Source: Azolla caroliniana (taxonomy: Eukaryota; Plantae; Polypodiophyta). Taken from it: DNA of 64,000 nucleotides. The stretch is taken from assembly GCA_043228905.1 (NCBI GenBank), contig JBHGNT010000008.1:6076001-6140000 (forward strand), given 5' to 3'. The notes below the pieces were generated by a model, which saw only the letters and a program-made list of their open reading frames with translations, was not told where the DNA came from and did not search any database. Positions 50,131 to 64,000 of this stretch are shown here, piece after piece. Each line of letters begins with the position of its first letter. The first letter of the stretch is position 1. The position numbers and the translations under genes were made by a program.

Positions 50131-52356
50131 GAGGATTCGCCTCCAAGGCTATCTTGGTTCCTTTCGTGATTAGCTCGCACTGTTAGGAATTGAACAGATC
50201 TTTTACTATCAAGACTCTTGACGTGCGCGAAGGTTGCTCTGTTATCGAACACCTTGGTCTCCATCCAGGACGATGTTATATACGGTTGTCCTAGGATGAC
50301 AGGATGCGAAGCCGAGTCTAGCACGAAGAAGTGTTGATCAATTTCCACATCCCCGATCGTGACTTTAACGTTAGGGCAAGCTCCGTACAAGTCCTCTGTA
50401 GCCTTTGTCGCCGCTCGAATCTTCCATCCGTGGTTTGTATTAATCGGCCATCTTCCTTTCTTGTAGAACTCGGTTGACATGAGCTTGATCTCCGAGCCAT
50501 GGTCAATCAATGCTACCACGGTTTCTTTCTTCTCCCCGATCTTCACCGGCGTCTCCGTTGTCGCTCTTGCCCAATGAGGTCGAGAGTAATGGCTATCCGC
50601 CACCACTTCTTCTTCCTCCTCCTCTTCCAATCTTGCCATGGTTATGGCACTGGTTTTCACCTCCTCTTCATCAGATTGTTGCCGCTTCCTTTTAATAAGG
50701 TCCACGATAGTATCATGGAACTCCTTCGCGATCCCAACCAGTTCTCTCAAAGTAAGGTCGACATGACTATCTAAAACCTTCTCCTCAAGGACCTTCCGCA
50801 AGTTAGTCGTTTGTTCTAAATGTCCGATCTTAGCTTGTAAGTTGGTGCCGCTCGTTCTTTTCCTTTCTTCGTTGACTCTTCGACTTCCATCTGAGCAGGT
50901 TGGCCCGATCCACCATGCTTCATGCTTCTTTCTCCAACCTCTCTTCATGGTGTAGGTGGGACTTGCCCTTCTTTCCCTTTGTTCCTCGTGTTGGGACGCT
51001 TTGATGTGCCATTTTCTTCACCGGTTCTTTTCCTTTTCTCTTCGACAAGAGCTTCATAGTTGTCGCACACTACCTCTGCAAAGCTTGTGTTTTCGTCGAC
51101 TGGATCTAACCATCCGGTAACTCGTTGCACATTCCAATCAGCATGTTTTAGATCTTCCGAATCAATTTTACCTTTTTTCTCACACTCTAAGACCATCGGC
51201 CAAAACCCAGCTTCTGGCTTGATCGTCTTTAGATTCTCTTTTCCAACTCGTATCCCGGCAAATGCGGCATAGTGCATAGCTTCCACATGCCTTGCATCTT
51301 CCTCTTATACAATCTTTTTCAGCCTGCCTCTTCCGAAGTTCACTCGTAGTGGCTTCCGGGTCTCGCTCGAGTGGATCATGTTGCCATCCAAATAGACGAC
51401 ATTCTTGCGAATCGCGTCTTGCAAGTTAGCGCATTCCTTTCGTGAGTGCTCGAAGTTGTCGCACCACACACATCTATACGCTTCTTTTCCCTTGGGCCCG
51501 CGTCGACCTAAGTTGGCCAGCGATACCGCTTCAAATTTCTTGGAGAGCTCTTTGATTATAGATTCCTCCATCGCTTTCTTGTCAAAATTGTTGATCGGCT
51601 TGTTAGGCTCGACCATCATAGGTGCTTTCGTCCTCCATGTTTGTAGATTCTCCATATCAGTTTCCTCTTGCCATTGTCGACGCTTATCAAGACGGCTACA
51701 AGCCTTTTTCACCACCGTCCAGTCCGCTACCAAGCCATTTAGTTGCATTTCGTCCTCCAAAAAACCACCCAATTCTCGCCAGTCTTTTGTATCCACCACC
51801 TTCAGGAATAGCAAGACTTTATCTCCATCGAGAACTCGTTGATCAGCACTCGGAAGTCAATTGTACTTCTGGTAGAATTCCGCATATACTCCCGATGCAC
51901 ACAGATTCTTTCCTTTTTTCTCGATCCAAATCATTAGTGTATGTTGAGTCATCTGTGATGTGTCTTCAAGCATGTATTCAACAAGAAGCGCCTTCTCGAA
52001 CTCCACCCAAGTTGCGTGCTCATTTTGGATCTCTATGACACGCTCGCGGATTCCTAGTTCCACCACACGCTTGAAACTAGAAATTTGTTTCAAATCAGGG
52101 ACATCCCTCTGTTGCATCTCATTCCGATAGGTAGCAAGGAAATCCGTGATATTCTTGCCACCAAATCGTCTAGATATCTCCACCGTTTTATTAACAACTT
52201 TGTCGATTAAAGCCTCTCGATCTCTTACCTTCAGCATGTATTCCACAACAGACACCATGCCTTTCGTTAATTCCTCTCCTTGAGTTCCACTTGTGGAGGC
52301 CATCGTCGCACTTGATATCCTCCTGCCACCTCGCTTCACGTCGGGTTCACCAAAGA

Positions 52357-53676
52357 TGTTGCGAAAATACGAAAAGGATATGTGAACTTGAGGCAGGACC
52401 TCGGGGCCTCCGACCAAAGAATATCAAATTCGTGTGTTTATGTACTAAGAATTAACCGAAATAAGAAAGATTAACAAATTTCATTAACAAATAGAAAGAA
52501 AGATTACAATTAATCCCACGATTGGGATTACAAAAAGTTTAGCTAATGGAGATTGCTAGAGTAATAGATTAGAAGAATTTGAGATATGGATTCGATTGAA
52601 AATTAGGGTTTTTTGGCTTTGATAAGAGATTATGGTTTATGAGTTCAATAGCTTCCGTATGGAAAATTTTGGAATTATGAGTGATAGATTCCCTAAGAAA
52701 ATTCGGATTCTTCCCTTTTTCTCTCTCCCCATACACTTGCATGAAGGAACTTTAGTTTGCATCTCCCCCTTCCCTTGCATGCATCCCACATGGCGTTTTT
52801 TTACTTTAGTTGCATGATCTCTCCACTTTTTCATTTCATGCCTTCCATATGATCTTTACTTTATGCATGCCCTCCAACTTTAGTTGCATGCGTCCACATG
52901 GCCTTTACTTTAGTCTCTTTTACTTTACTTGCCACATGATCCTATCATCCGTCCGTCTCGATCGTCGCCCATCCAATCCATCGGTCCGCGTCCAACCTCG
53001 TCTGGTTAGCGGTTCCACCCGATCACCGGTTCCATCCGATCGTCGGTTTCTGGTTGCCGGGTTCGCCCGGTCGCTAGTGAGGCGGCGACAATCGGCGACC
53101 GGACGAGGCTGGACGCAAACCGTACGGATAACAGGATCATGTGGCTAATTAAAGTGAAGTGAAGAAAACTAAAGTAAAGGTCATGTGGATGGTCGCATGC
53201 AACTAAAAGAAAAAGCCATGCAATTAAAAGTAGAGGCCATGCAACTAAAGGTGGACATGCAAAGTAACATGGAAGGCTATGATCAACAGAGAACTCCATA
53301 TATATTCTATTTTTTTTCCTACACATATACTCTCTCCATTAATTTTCTTTTCCTTCTCAGCTCCCTTATCTTAGGGAAGCCATATCTCTCATAAACCCTA
53401 ATTTCCTTATGGAAGCCAAAAACCCTAAATTTCCCTACGGAAGCCATATCTCTCAAAACCCCTAATATTTCTTTGCTATTAATCTCAGTAAACCTAAAAC
53501 TTCTTAATCCCAAGCTTGGGACATATTGTAATTTCTTTTCCTTTGTTAATGAAAATGATTAAATTTCTTATTTCTCTTAATTGTTAAAAGTATAAACGCA
53601 CGAATGTGATATCCTCTGGTCGGAGGCCCCGTGGTCTTGCCTCAAGTTCACGTATCCTTGTCGTATTTTCGCGACA
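52357..53676. repeat. 1.32-kb imperfect palindrome occupying the 5' LTR position of Gypsy-B
   Basis: TGTTGCGAAAATACGAAAAGGATATGTGAACTTGAGGC... at left matches the reverse complement of the right end; similarity continues inward to ~52955/53115. Confidence 0.9.
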
Positions 53677-56600
53677 ACATATGGTTTGTTGACTCCGAAG
53701 CCTCAAACCATACGACATCTCATAAAGAATGGTTTCTCGAACTTCAAGAGTCGGAGCGACCCGGTTATGTCGAAACCGGAGATGACACTACACACCCGAT
53801 TCGGCACATCGGCAATGTTCCGTTCGGCGAAAGAGGTAAGCAAACATACATTAAAAATGTCTTGCATGTTCCCACCATCACGAAGAATTTGGTCTCGGTC
53901 GGCCAAATGGTTGAGCAAGGGATGCAAGTACGATTCGACCAAGAAGGGTACTTCATCGAAAAAGAGGGCCGAATCATCGCGCGTGGAAGAAGAGAGGGCC
54001 GGATGTTCATTCTCGATTCACACGAGATGAAATCCGCCATGTTCGCAAAAAGCACGAAAGCCGACTCCGACATAGAGCTATGGCACAAGCGAATCAGCCA
54101 CATCAATCTCAACAAACTCAAAGCAATGAAATCGAAAGGAGTCATCATCGGACTCCCGACATTCAAATAGAAGGAGATTGAAGGTGTATGCAAAGCGTGC
54201 CAATTTGGCAAGCAACACCGACACCCATTCCCGAAAGAGCGGAACATGAGAAAAGGTCTACTCAACTTAGTCGATTCCGACGTATGGGGACCGGTGCTGA
54301 CAGCTACATTCGGTGGATGCCGATATTACGTGCTCTTCATCAACGACTTCTCCAAGCACACGTGGCTCTATTCGATGCGGCAAAAGAGCGAAGTGTTTGG
54401 ACACTTCCAAAGGTTTAAAAACGAAGTCGAAAAAGCCACTGGTCGTCATGTACGATGCCTTCGATCGGATGGCGGCAAGGAGTACTTCTTGGACTACTTC
54501 ACGGCGTATCTCCGAAAGGAAGGAATTCGGCGAGAATTCACTTGCCGACACACTCCTCAACAAAACGGAGTAGCCGAGCGCAAAAATCGGCACATCCTCG
54601 AAGTGGTGCGGGCCATGATGAACGAGAAGCATATTGAAAAAGATTATGTGCGGAAGTAATAGAAAACCGAACACAGAAAATACGCAGGTTTAATGGAGAG
54701 CTTGAATATACACAGTACGCGGGGGAGATAGAGAGAGACAACACACAAAAACTCAATTCAAAATAATACTCAATCTATACATACACTGTGCTCAGTGAGC
54801 ACCTTTTATACAAGCCCTAACAATAGGGCTGACACCAATACTGACAGTACTTGACCACTCATAAATGAGCCTACTACACTAACTCCCAAAATTATTCCTT
54901 ACGAGGAATATCTTCCCAACGGCCTCGCTGTTTTCACACCGATACGGCCATGTTATGCGTACCGATTTACGCACCCAGTCTACGCACTGGGTTACGCATC
55001 GTATTACACACGAATGTTCAGCTTGTCTCTCAACACTCCCCCTCAAGCTCAACTTGAGGTTCCACCTGCTCCGCCGGATCTACGCTCCGGTTCCTTTTGG
55101 CTTCACGCCTCACTCGCGCTCCTCCACCCGTTCGATTCCGTGCGCCTCGACCCTTTCGATTGGCTTGTTTGCTTACATGGCCCTTCTCAACTTCCTTGTT
55201 GTTGTGGTATTGGCGCTTCTTCTGCTGCCTTCTCTTCCTCTTGGCCCTTGGTTGATTCAACGTATCCGAATCAAACATCTAAACTGACTCGGCTTCCTTC
55301 GATCGATTTTCGCTCTCATCCGAGTTCGTTGTATCCAACTCATCTTCGGTCTTCTCGCCCTTGATGGCTTCGTCTCCCCCACGCTTGGTTGGTTTCGGCT
55401 CTTCCTTCTGACTGCTCCCCTTATGTCCGCTTTTGGACTCTTCCGCGGATCCGCCCTCGGCTTCTTCAACCGATTCGAAGTCAAATTCGTCATCCGACTC
55501 GGCATCACGGTCTTTTTCGCTCCTTTCCTATTCCCTTCCGTGGAGATCATGGACGTCTCTCCTCCTCAAGTGCGGCACGTCGAGGTGATGCAACCCAAGC
55601 ACACCCGAGAATTGCCGCAACTTGTCCAAACCAAGAGGCTTGGTGAAGATGTCGGCGTTCTGCCGATCCATCAGAACATATTGAAGTTCGACTTCACTGG
55701 AGAGGACACGCTCACAGACGAAATGGTAGTGCACCTCAATGTGCTTAGTCCGGACGTGGAAGACGGGGTTCTTAGCTAGCTGGATGTTGTTGAGGTTGTC
55801 GCAGTAGATTATCGTTGGATCGGATACCTCCCCCTGCAGATCCTTAAGTAGCCGCTTCAACCATATGGCTTCGCATGTCGCGACAGTCGCTCCTCTATAC
55901 TCGGCTTCGATGCTCAACAGCGCAACTGTCAGCTGCTTCTTACTACTCCACGCGATCGCGGCACTCCCAAGAGAGAACGCGAAACCAGACGTGGATCGGC
56001 GATCGCCGACGTTTCCGACCCAATCAGCATCAGTGTAACCGACCAACTACGTGGCAGTATCGGTCCAATATAGTATCCCCCGGTCCTTAGTGCCACTGAC
56101 GTACCGGAGTACGCGTTGTGCGCACTGAAGGTGTTCCTCGGTCGATCGCGCCATGAACTGACTAATCACCCCGACCGGGTAGGTGATGGTCAAGTATATA
56201 AGGCTTCTAACTATCTGTCGGAACCTCGTCGGGTCACAGACCTTTCTGGAATCGGGGCGAAGCTTGATGGTTCCATCCAGAGGAGTCGAGACGGACTTAC
56301 AGCCGGCCATCCCGAATTTGAAGAGCATACTCAACACGTAATGTTGTTGGCTGATCAGTATGCCTTCGGGGGTGCGGATCACTTCGATCCCAAGGAAGTA
56401 ATGAAGGCCCCCCAGATCCTTCATGTCGAATGATGCCGCAAGCTGGAGCTTCATGCGGTCAATCTCACCTAGGTCGGCGTCGGTGATGACCAAGTCATCA
56501 ACATAAAGTAAAATGCTAACCGGCCCGAGCCGACCTTTCCTGATGAACAGTGAGAAGTCCAATGTTGATGTCGCAAAGTCCAACCGATGCAATCGTTGTG

Positions 56601-59600
56601 TGATCTTCACGTTCCAGACACTCGGGGCTTGCTTTAGTCCATAAAGGGACTTCTTCAATCGGCACACCGCCGAAGTGTTCGTTCCGGAGTGAAATCCGGG
56701 GGGTTGTACCATGTACACCTGTTCCTCAAGCTCACCTTGCAGGAACGCATTCTTTACATCCATCTAATGTAAGTGCCACCCCTTTGCCGCAGCTACCGCG
56801 AGCAAAACACGGACAGTCGTCATCTTCGCGACCGGCGCAAACGTCTCATCGTAGTCGATGTCGTGTTTCTACACGTAACCTTTCGCTACTAACCGGTCCT
56901 TGTATCGGTTGACGAGCCGTCGGTGTTGTACTTGACCTTGTACACCCACATGCATCCGATCGGCTTCACACCCTTCGGTGCATCAACTAGGTCCCAGGTT
57001 TCATTCTCCGCCAATGCACGCATCTTTTCCTCCATTGCAATATGCCAATTCACGTCCTTCACCGCTTCTGCGTAGCTCTCCGACTCACGTACTTCCGCTA
57101 CACGGGTCATGTACGCATAATGATGCGCCATGTACTTGTTGTATCCGAACCGCACAACAGGGTTCTTCTAGTGGGTAGATCGACGTAATTGCTCATTAGC
57201 CGATGTTGAGGCTATCTTAGCCGACACGGACTTCGCTCTCGAAGACCCGTCATCACTTCCCTCGGAGTCGGACTCGCGTCGATCCGACTCGTTCCTATAC
57301 ATGCCATAATTCGACACCTTGTTCTTCCCTTTTTCCTTGCGCGTAAGCCGTCTACCTGGCTTCCTGCGCGGGGAATGCACAGTCGAGTCCCCACTACTCG
57401 CCAGCTCTTCATCGGACCAGTTGAACCGACTCAATCGTCCATCCGGTCCGCTTAACCGAAACGAAATCGAACTCTCTTCGCCAGTCCCAATTTTAGGCTC
57501 ATCCAGAGGCATCTTGGCCTCGCTGACCTCATCGTCAGAACTCGGATTAGAGGTGAGGTCCGGAGTCAGAGGCAAGTACCAGGACGCGGACTCGTCAAAC
57601 ACAACGTCGCGGCTCACGCGCGCTTGTTTGGTGCAAGGGTTATAACACTTATAACCCTTCTGCTTGTCCGAATAGCCGACCAAGATACACTTCTCGGCTT
57701 TCGCGTCCAACTTCCTTTGTTTCTCTTTTGGTACATGCACATACGCAATGCTACCGAAGACTCTCAAGTGTCGTAGATTCGGCTTTGTTCCGAAGTATAG
57801 CTCATGCGCCGACACTTTTTCTCCGATCCGATTCTAGATATAGACCGCGGTTCGTACCGCCTCGGCCCAATAGAACTTGGACAAGCTCTTCTCCTCCAGC
57901 ATTGCCCGTGCCGCTTCCACAACCAACTGATTCTTCCTTTCGGCCACGTTGTTTTGTTCCGGGGTGTATCTACAACTGAATTCACGCCAAATTCCCATCT
58001 GTTGCAGATAGCCGTTGAATTGACCGGAAAAGTACTCTTTTCCGCCATCCGACCGCAAGCACTTGATCTTTCGTCCTATTTCCATTTCCACGAACCCTTT
58101 GAGGTCCCGAAAACAGTCGAAGACTTCACTCTTCTTCTCGATGAGGTAGATCCACGTGTGCCGCATATAGTCATCGATGAAGGAGACAAAATATCGACTC
58201 CCGCCAAGACTAACATTCTGTGTCGGCCCCCATACATCGGAATGTATCAAGTCGAGCTTGTTCCGGCTCCGGTTACGCTCGTTGGGGAAGGGAAATCGGT
58301 GTTGCTTCCCTAGTTGGCAGGCTTCACAAATTCGTGCCTTCCGGCCACTAAATTTGGTCAATCCGAACACCACATGTTTCGATTGCAGGTCCTAAAGCCG
58401 TTGATAGTTGACGTGACCTATCCACTTGTGTCATAAGTCGATATCCGACTCGACTTTTTGTCCTTTCGCGAACATTGCGGTGCCACCGTCACTAGAGTCG
58501 AGGATAAACATCCTCCCGTCTCTATGCCCTAGCGCAATAACTCGGCCTTCTTCCTCGATGAAGCACCCAAGATGCGTGAACCGGACTTGCATCCCTTGGT
58601 CGACAATCTGCCCGACCGACATCAGATTCTTCGTGATTGTCGGGACATGTAACACGTTCATGAGTTTCCCTTTCTGCCCGACATGACACAGGGGAACTTC
58701 ACCGACATTCGCGATCAGATGCGGAGTGTCATCGACAGTTGTGACTACTCCCGGTTGCATCGATTTTTCTAGGTACGAGAACCACTCCTTGTGACACGTC
58801 ATGTGTTTTGACGCACCGGAGTCGACGTACCACACCTCATCCGACTTCGGGGTGATTTTCTTCATCGATTTTGCTTCGTGTCTCGTCACGAAGACTAACC
58901 CTTTTCCGGCTTTTCCGGATCCTTCGGCATAGTGCGATCGCTGCCGATTTCCTTTGTCAGTCTGTCCAGAAACTGATCCGGATCCGGTCCTCTCCGAATC
59001 GGCACGCTTTTTCTAGCACTCACTCTCCTTGTGGCCTTTCTTGCCACAGTACCAGCATTCCGCGACGGATTTCCCATGCCAGTTTCCAGAAGGTCCGGAA
59101 TTGCTATCGGCATCACTTCGGTGCCTTCTTCCTTGATCCCGTCGGCCACCTCCATTGCGTACCGACTCGCCTCGTCCGCCACGACCACAGGTCCTATCTC
59201 CCTCTGTGTACAGCATCTTGCTGTCAGCATGCGTACTTGTCGACACACCCACGTGGTTCTCCTTTATAACGAGCATCGACTGTAAGTCGAAAAACGACGG
59301 CGTATTCTCCCGTGTACACACAACAGTTCAAAATGCTTCGAACTTTAACACCAGTCCCCCGAGACAGATTTGCACCATCTCGCCTTCCTCGACATTCACA
59401 TCGATAGAGGCTAAGGAGTCACATATCTCTTTGATCTTCAAGGTGTAATCAGCCACCGACAAGTCGCGTTGTCGTAAATTGCTCAGCTCCTGTCGGAGTT
59501 GAAGCTTCCTGGCTGTGGTGCGTGCGGCGAAGATCTTCTTTAGATTTCCCCAAGCATTCTTTGGCGTTTTCGCATCCCGAATATAGCTCAGGAGTTGTTC

Positions 59601-62600
59601 GCCCACACAAGACGCGAAGCAGTACAGTACTCTGCTCACCGACTATTCCCACGCCGGGAAATCTCTATGTGTCGATTCGGGTGCTGTGTCATTTGCTCTG
59701 TCGACATAGGTCCAGTAATCGTGCCCGAGCAAGTACTGGTGCATCTTGTAGGACCAAGATGCGTAGTTGTTTCTGTCGAGCTTCTCGATAGGAATCGAGC
59801 TAGCCATGCCTCTATCCATTTGTTTTTCCTGTTCTTCTTGGTTAGTTTTCTTTTCAAGCTATGTCGGCTACAGAGGTTCTCAACCCTTGCGCTCTGATAC
59901 CATGAAAAAGATTATGTGCGGAAGCAATAGAAAACCGAACACAGAAAATACACAGGTTTAATGGAGAGCTTGAATATACACAGTACGCGGGAGAGACAGA
60001 GAGAGAGAGAACACATAGAAACTCAATTCAAAATAATACTCAATTTATACATACACCATGCTCAGTGAGCACCTTTTATACAAGCCCTGACAATAGGGCT
60101 GACACAAGTACTGACAATACTTGACCACTCATAAATGAGCCTACTACACTAACTCCCAAAATTATTCCTTACGAGGAATATCTTCCCAACGGCCTCGCGG
60201 TTTTCACACCGATACGGCCATGTTATGCGTACCGATTTACGCACCCATTCTACGCACTGGGTTACACATCGTATTACGCACGAATGTTGAGCTTGTCTCT
60301 CAACACATATGCCCAAGTCATATTGGGCCGAAGCTGCAAATACGGTCTTCTACCTAATGAACCGGTGCACAACATCTGGAGTGCATGAGGTGCACGAGGT
60401 CACTCCGTACGAAAAATACTTCGGAAAGAAACCGGACTTATCGCACACCCGGATATTTGGTGCGATAGCGTACGTGCACATCCCCAACGAGAAGCGTCAA
60501 AAGCTTGACCCGAAGTCGGAAAAATGTATCCTCGTAGGATACTCATTGGTGCAAAAGGGGTACAAGTGCTACAACCCCTCAACTTGAAAATCTCGAGTAA
60601 GTCGAGACGTCGTTTTTGACGAGTTCGCATCCTGGTACGCACCAGAGACAACTTCGACTCCGACTCCGCTCGACCCGGAATCCGCCGAACAAGAGATAGA
60701 GGATGAAGATCACCTTACGCGCATGTTGGAAGAAAGTCTAATCACGACCCGACTGAGCGGACCACAAGAGCCTTTGAGCGATCAAAGCACATCACGGCCT
60801 AGCTCGAAGATGGACAAAGGTAAGGCGAAAATGTCGGAATACGAAGAAGATCGCTTTGACGACAATGAGTCGACTCAGTCACTCGACAGTGAGTTCGGCG
60901 GCTTCGATTTACCAATCGGAGCTAAGAAAGCCCCCATCTCTGTAAATGAAAACCTCTGTCGCTCCATCCGTGAAAAGAATCCGGTCAGCCGATTCGGCTA
61001 CAACGACTACATGGCATATCACTATGCCATTATGATGAATGTGGCGACAGTACGCGAGCCGGAAACATTTTCCGAAGCAGCCAAGGATCCGCGATGGATC
61101 GAAGCCATGAACGAGGAGATGTAGGCACTACGCAAGAACGAGACATGGGATCTCGTTCCCACCTCACCACACAAAAAGGCGATCAGATGCAGATGGATTT
61201 ACAAAGTGAAGTACAACGCCGATGGTTCCGTCAACCGCTACAAAGCGCGACTCGTAGTGAAAGGCTACGCCCAAACGCACAGAGTTGACTACGAAGAGAC
61301 CTTTGCCCCGGTGGCAAAGATGACAACGGTACGGACCGTAATTGCGCTTGCCGCGGGGAAAGGGTGGCATCTCCATCAAATGGACGTCAAGAACGCCTTT
61401 CTCCAAGGCGAATTAGAAGAGGAGGTGTACATGATGCAACCACCCGGCTTCAACTCGAGCACCCATCCGAAAGTTGAATGCCGACTCAAGAAACCACTCT
61501 ATGGCCTCAAGCAAGCACCACGTGCTTGGCATTCGAAAATAACGCAATCTCTTCATCAAATCGGCTTCCGTATGTCAAAATCGGACAACTCCCTCTACAT
61601 ACGAAGCGATTCCGCAAGTCTGATCGTCATCATCTTATATGTGGATGACCTAGTCATTGGAGGTGAGCATCTCGTCGAAAGCAATAAGGTCAAATCCCTC
61701 CTTTCCGACAAGTTCGAGATGACAGACATGAAGGAGCTCCACTACTTCCTTGGCATCGAGGTAATTCGGACTCCGGCCGGAATCATGATCTCTCAACGGC
61801 ACTACATCCTCAACTTGTTATACAAGTTCGGGATGACTGAGTGCAAATCCGCGACAACCCCACTCGATCGCAATCTCAAACTAGATGCGAACTCCGGCAC
61901 CAAAGCGTGTGAGCCAACTCAGTATCTGCAACTCATCGGGAGTCTCATCTACCTCACGATCACTCGACCCGATCTCAGTTATCCGGTCGGTCTCCTTAGT
62001 CAATTCATGCAAACACCGCGTGATAATCACTTGGATTGCGCTAAGCGAGTTCTCCGATACGTGAGCGGCACAATGGATTGCGGCATCCTCTACAAGACCG
62101 CGATGCCAATACGACTCGAGGGGTACACAGATGCCGATTGGGCCGGCTACAAAGCCGATAGAAGATCAACCTCCGAATTTGTTTTTTCCCTCAGCAACGG
62201 AGCAATATCCTGGAGCAGCAAAAAGCAACCAACCGTCGCTCTTTCAAGCATAGAGGCGGAATACAGGGGCGCGGCAGTGGCCGCATGTGAAGCCGTATGG
62301 CTCAAAAGGATACTCAAGGATTTGGGCGTACACATCAAGGATCCGACTTCCCTTTACTTCCCTTTACACATCTGGCTTGGAACCCGGTGTTCCACGCGTA
62401 GACAAAGCACATCGAAGTGCACTATCAATTCATCCGAGAGCGCGTTCTTGTTGGCAATGTCGACCTATAACACATTAGCACAAATCTTCAAACAACCGAC
62501 ATCTTCACTAAAGCCTTAGGAGCTGACAAGCTATGGCAATTCATGACCGATCTCGGATTGACGATCCCTTACCTGCCAAGCTTGAGGGGAAGTACTGAAG

Positions 62601-63209
62601 ACACTACGCAATAACGCGTGGATTCTGCAACCACGAAACGAAGCCGCGAAGAAAGACACAAGCCAAAGCACAGACTTTGCAACTACGCACAACGAAAGCT
62701 GGAGCACGGATTCCGCAACTCCGCATAAATGCAAGTCGACGTGGACTCCGGAACGCGAGTCAAAGCGGATTTCGGATACCATCTGAAACCGACCCGACTT
62801 GAGCTTGAGGGGCATGTTGAGAATCAAGCTCAACTTGGTCTAGTGTGTGAACTCACCTTGATAGTGAATAGACACTCCAACGGTCAAGAGTCACCATTAT
62901 GTCACCACTTTGTATTCTTGCATTTAGTATGAGTCATAGAATCATATTCTATGACACATAACTTATGAGCTTTCACATTCCCCATGCTCCATGAGTCTTG
63001 TAGTTAATGAAGAGAGAGGGTGACTATATAAAGCACCCTCCTCCCACCTTGTATGAGGTTGAGTCTTTCTCCTTTGTTAATATACTTTACCTTGCATATT
63101 CTCTGTGTCTTACACCTTGTCTCTCTCTCTCACTCTCTCTCTCTCTCTCATACACACACACAGTTCATATCTATTCCTCTGCACAGAATCCGTCTCTTGA
63201 TTATTTACA
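53677..63209 (+). mobile_element. Ty1/copia element (Copia-E), 5' part missing, hosting Copia-F; 3' LTR 62815 to ~63209
   Basis: Protease WFVDS and integrase RSDGGKEY (53681-54634), continuing at 60311; RT/RNase H 61206-62519; PPT GAGGGGCA then TGTTGAG. Confidence 0.9.
54635..60305 (-). mobile_element. Full-length Ty1/copia element (Copia-F), ~400-bp LTRs, TSD CATAT
   Basis: LTRs 54635-55035 and 59903-60305; PBS 59891-59902; PPT 55036-55043; CATAT at 54630-54634 and 60306-60310; decayed gag-pol 55528-59808. Confidence 0.96.
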
Positions 63210-63984
63210 AGTTTCTATAGAAGCCCATGAGGAGTGTGGAAAGAATATAGCTAGTAATGAAGAGGAGCCTGATTGTACTGAGAATGTGTTAGTAGTGTCT
63301 ATAGAAGCCCATGAGGAGTGTGGAAAGAGTATAGCTAGTAATGAAGAGGAGCTTGATTGTACTGAGAACGAGCATACTAGCATCACCCATGAGGACCAGG
63401 CAATAAAGACCACCCAAGAAGGGGAGCACGGTTGTCTTAAGAATGAGGTGACAGCCACCGTACAAGAAGGGTTGACCATGAGTACTGCCACAGCCCACAT
63501 ACAGGAGTCTAATTGTACTAAGAACGAGTATACTAGCATCACTGATGATGATAGGGCAATAAAGACCACCCAAGAAGGAGAGCATAGTGGTCTTAAGAAT
63601 GAGGTGACTATCACCAGCCAAGAGGAGTTCACCATGAGTACTGTTATAGCCCACATACAGGAGCCTAATTGTACTGAGAATGAGCATACTAGCAACAACA
63701 TGAGTACTAAAACAACCCACATATAGGAGATGAGTGATAATTTGACTATCAACAGTACCTTTGTGGATGTGTGTAAAAGCATTGCAGTTGCAGAAAACAC
63801 AGTTTCTCTCTCAAGATTGCCACTTGTACAAGGTGCCCGTACATCCACACCTGTTTCTGATGCCTCTGATGATGAAGTGCCACTTAGTAAGCTGATACCT
63901 AAAGGCTTTAAGATAAAGAAGAATGTAAAATCACAAAAAACTGGCACCAATAACAAGCGCATTGCAAGATCGGGGAAATTGTGA
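63210..63984 (+). other. Coding-like remnant with in-frame tandem repeats (84 bp x2; 156 bp x2+), one internal stop
   Basis: Units start at 63214/63298 and 63358/63514/63670; frame open apart from TAG at 63724-63726. Product not recognised. Confidence 0.45.
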
Positions 63985-64000
63985 AATGGTGCATGATTGT

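Larger units (their letters stand above)
48400..53676 (-). mobile_element. Ty3/gypsy element (Gypsy-B), 3'-truncated, tRNA-Trp PBS, palindromic 5' LTR
   Basis: Gag from ~52303 (CVWCDNFEHSRKEC), protease LIDHGSE, RT FLDD, RNase H start. PBS TTCACGTCGGGTTCACCA 52335-52352; LTR 52357-53676; flank ACAT. Confidence 0.9.

Overview
Plant nuclear genomic DNA, probably from a large-genome non-seed plant such as a fern (inference from repeat types only). It holds two intact, convergent host genes: a 3-exon beta-tubulin (16163-18063, +) and a 4-exon PAR1-family secreted protein with an unusually long Ser/Thr/Pro/Tyr-rich tail (20577-23566, -). These sit among deeply nested, decayed transposons. There are at least 8 Ty1/copia copies or remnants (tRNA-iMet PBS, 5-bp TSDs where testable), two LINE 3' fragments, a probable Helitron and a possible hAT MITE. 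Several members of an unusual Ty3/gypsy lineage are also present. That lineage has a tRNA-Trp PBS, 4-bp RYRY target duplications, an FLDD reverse transcriptase motif and a DHG-type protease. It also has a conserved GGATTTT slippery site plus H-type pseudoknot placing a -1 frameshift between protease and RT, tRNA-like Pol III A/B-box modules in its LTRs, and inverted or palindromic LTR arrangements. All coordinates and alignments were derived by eye.
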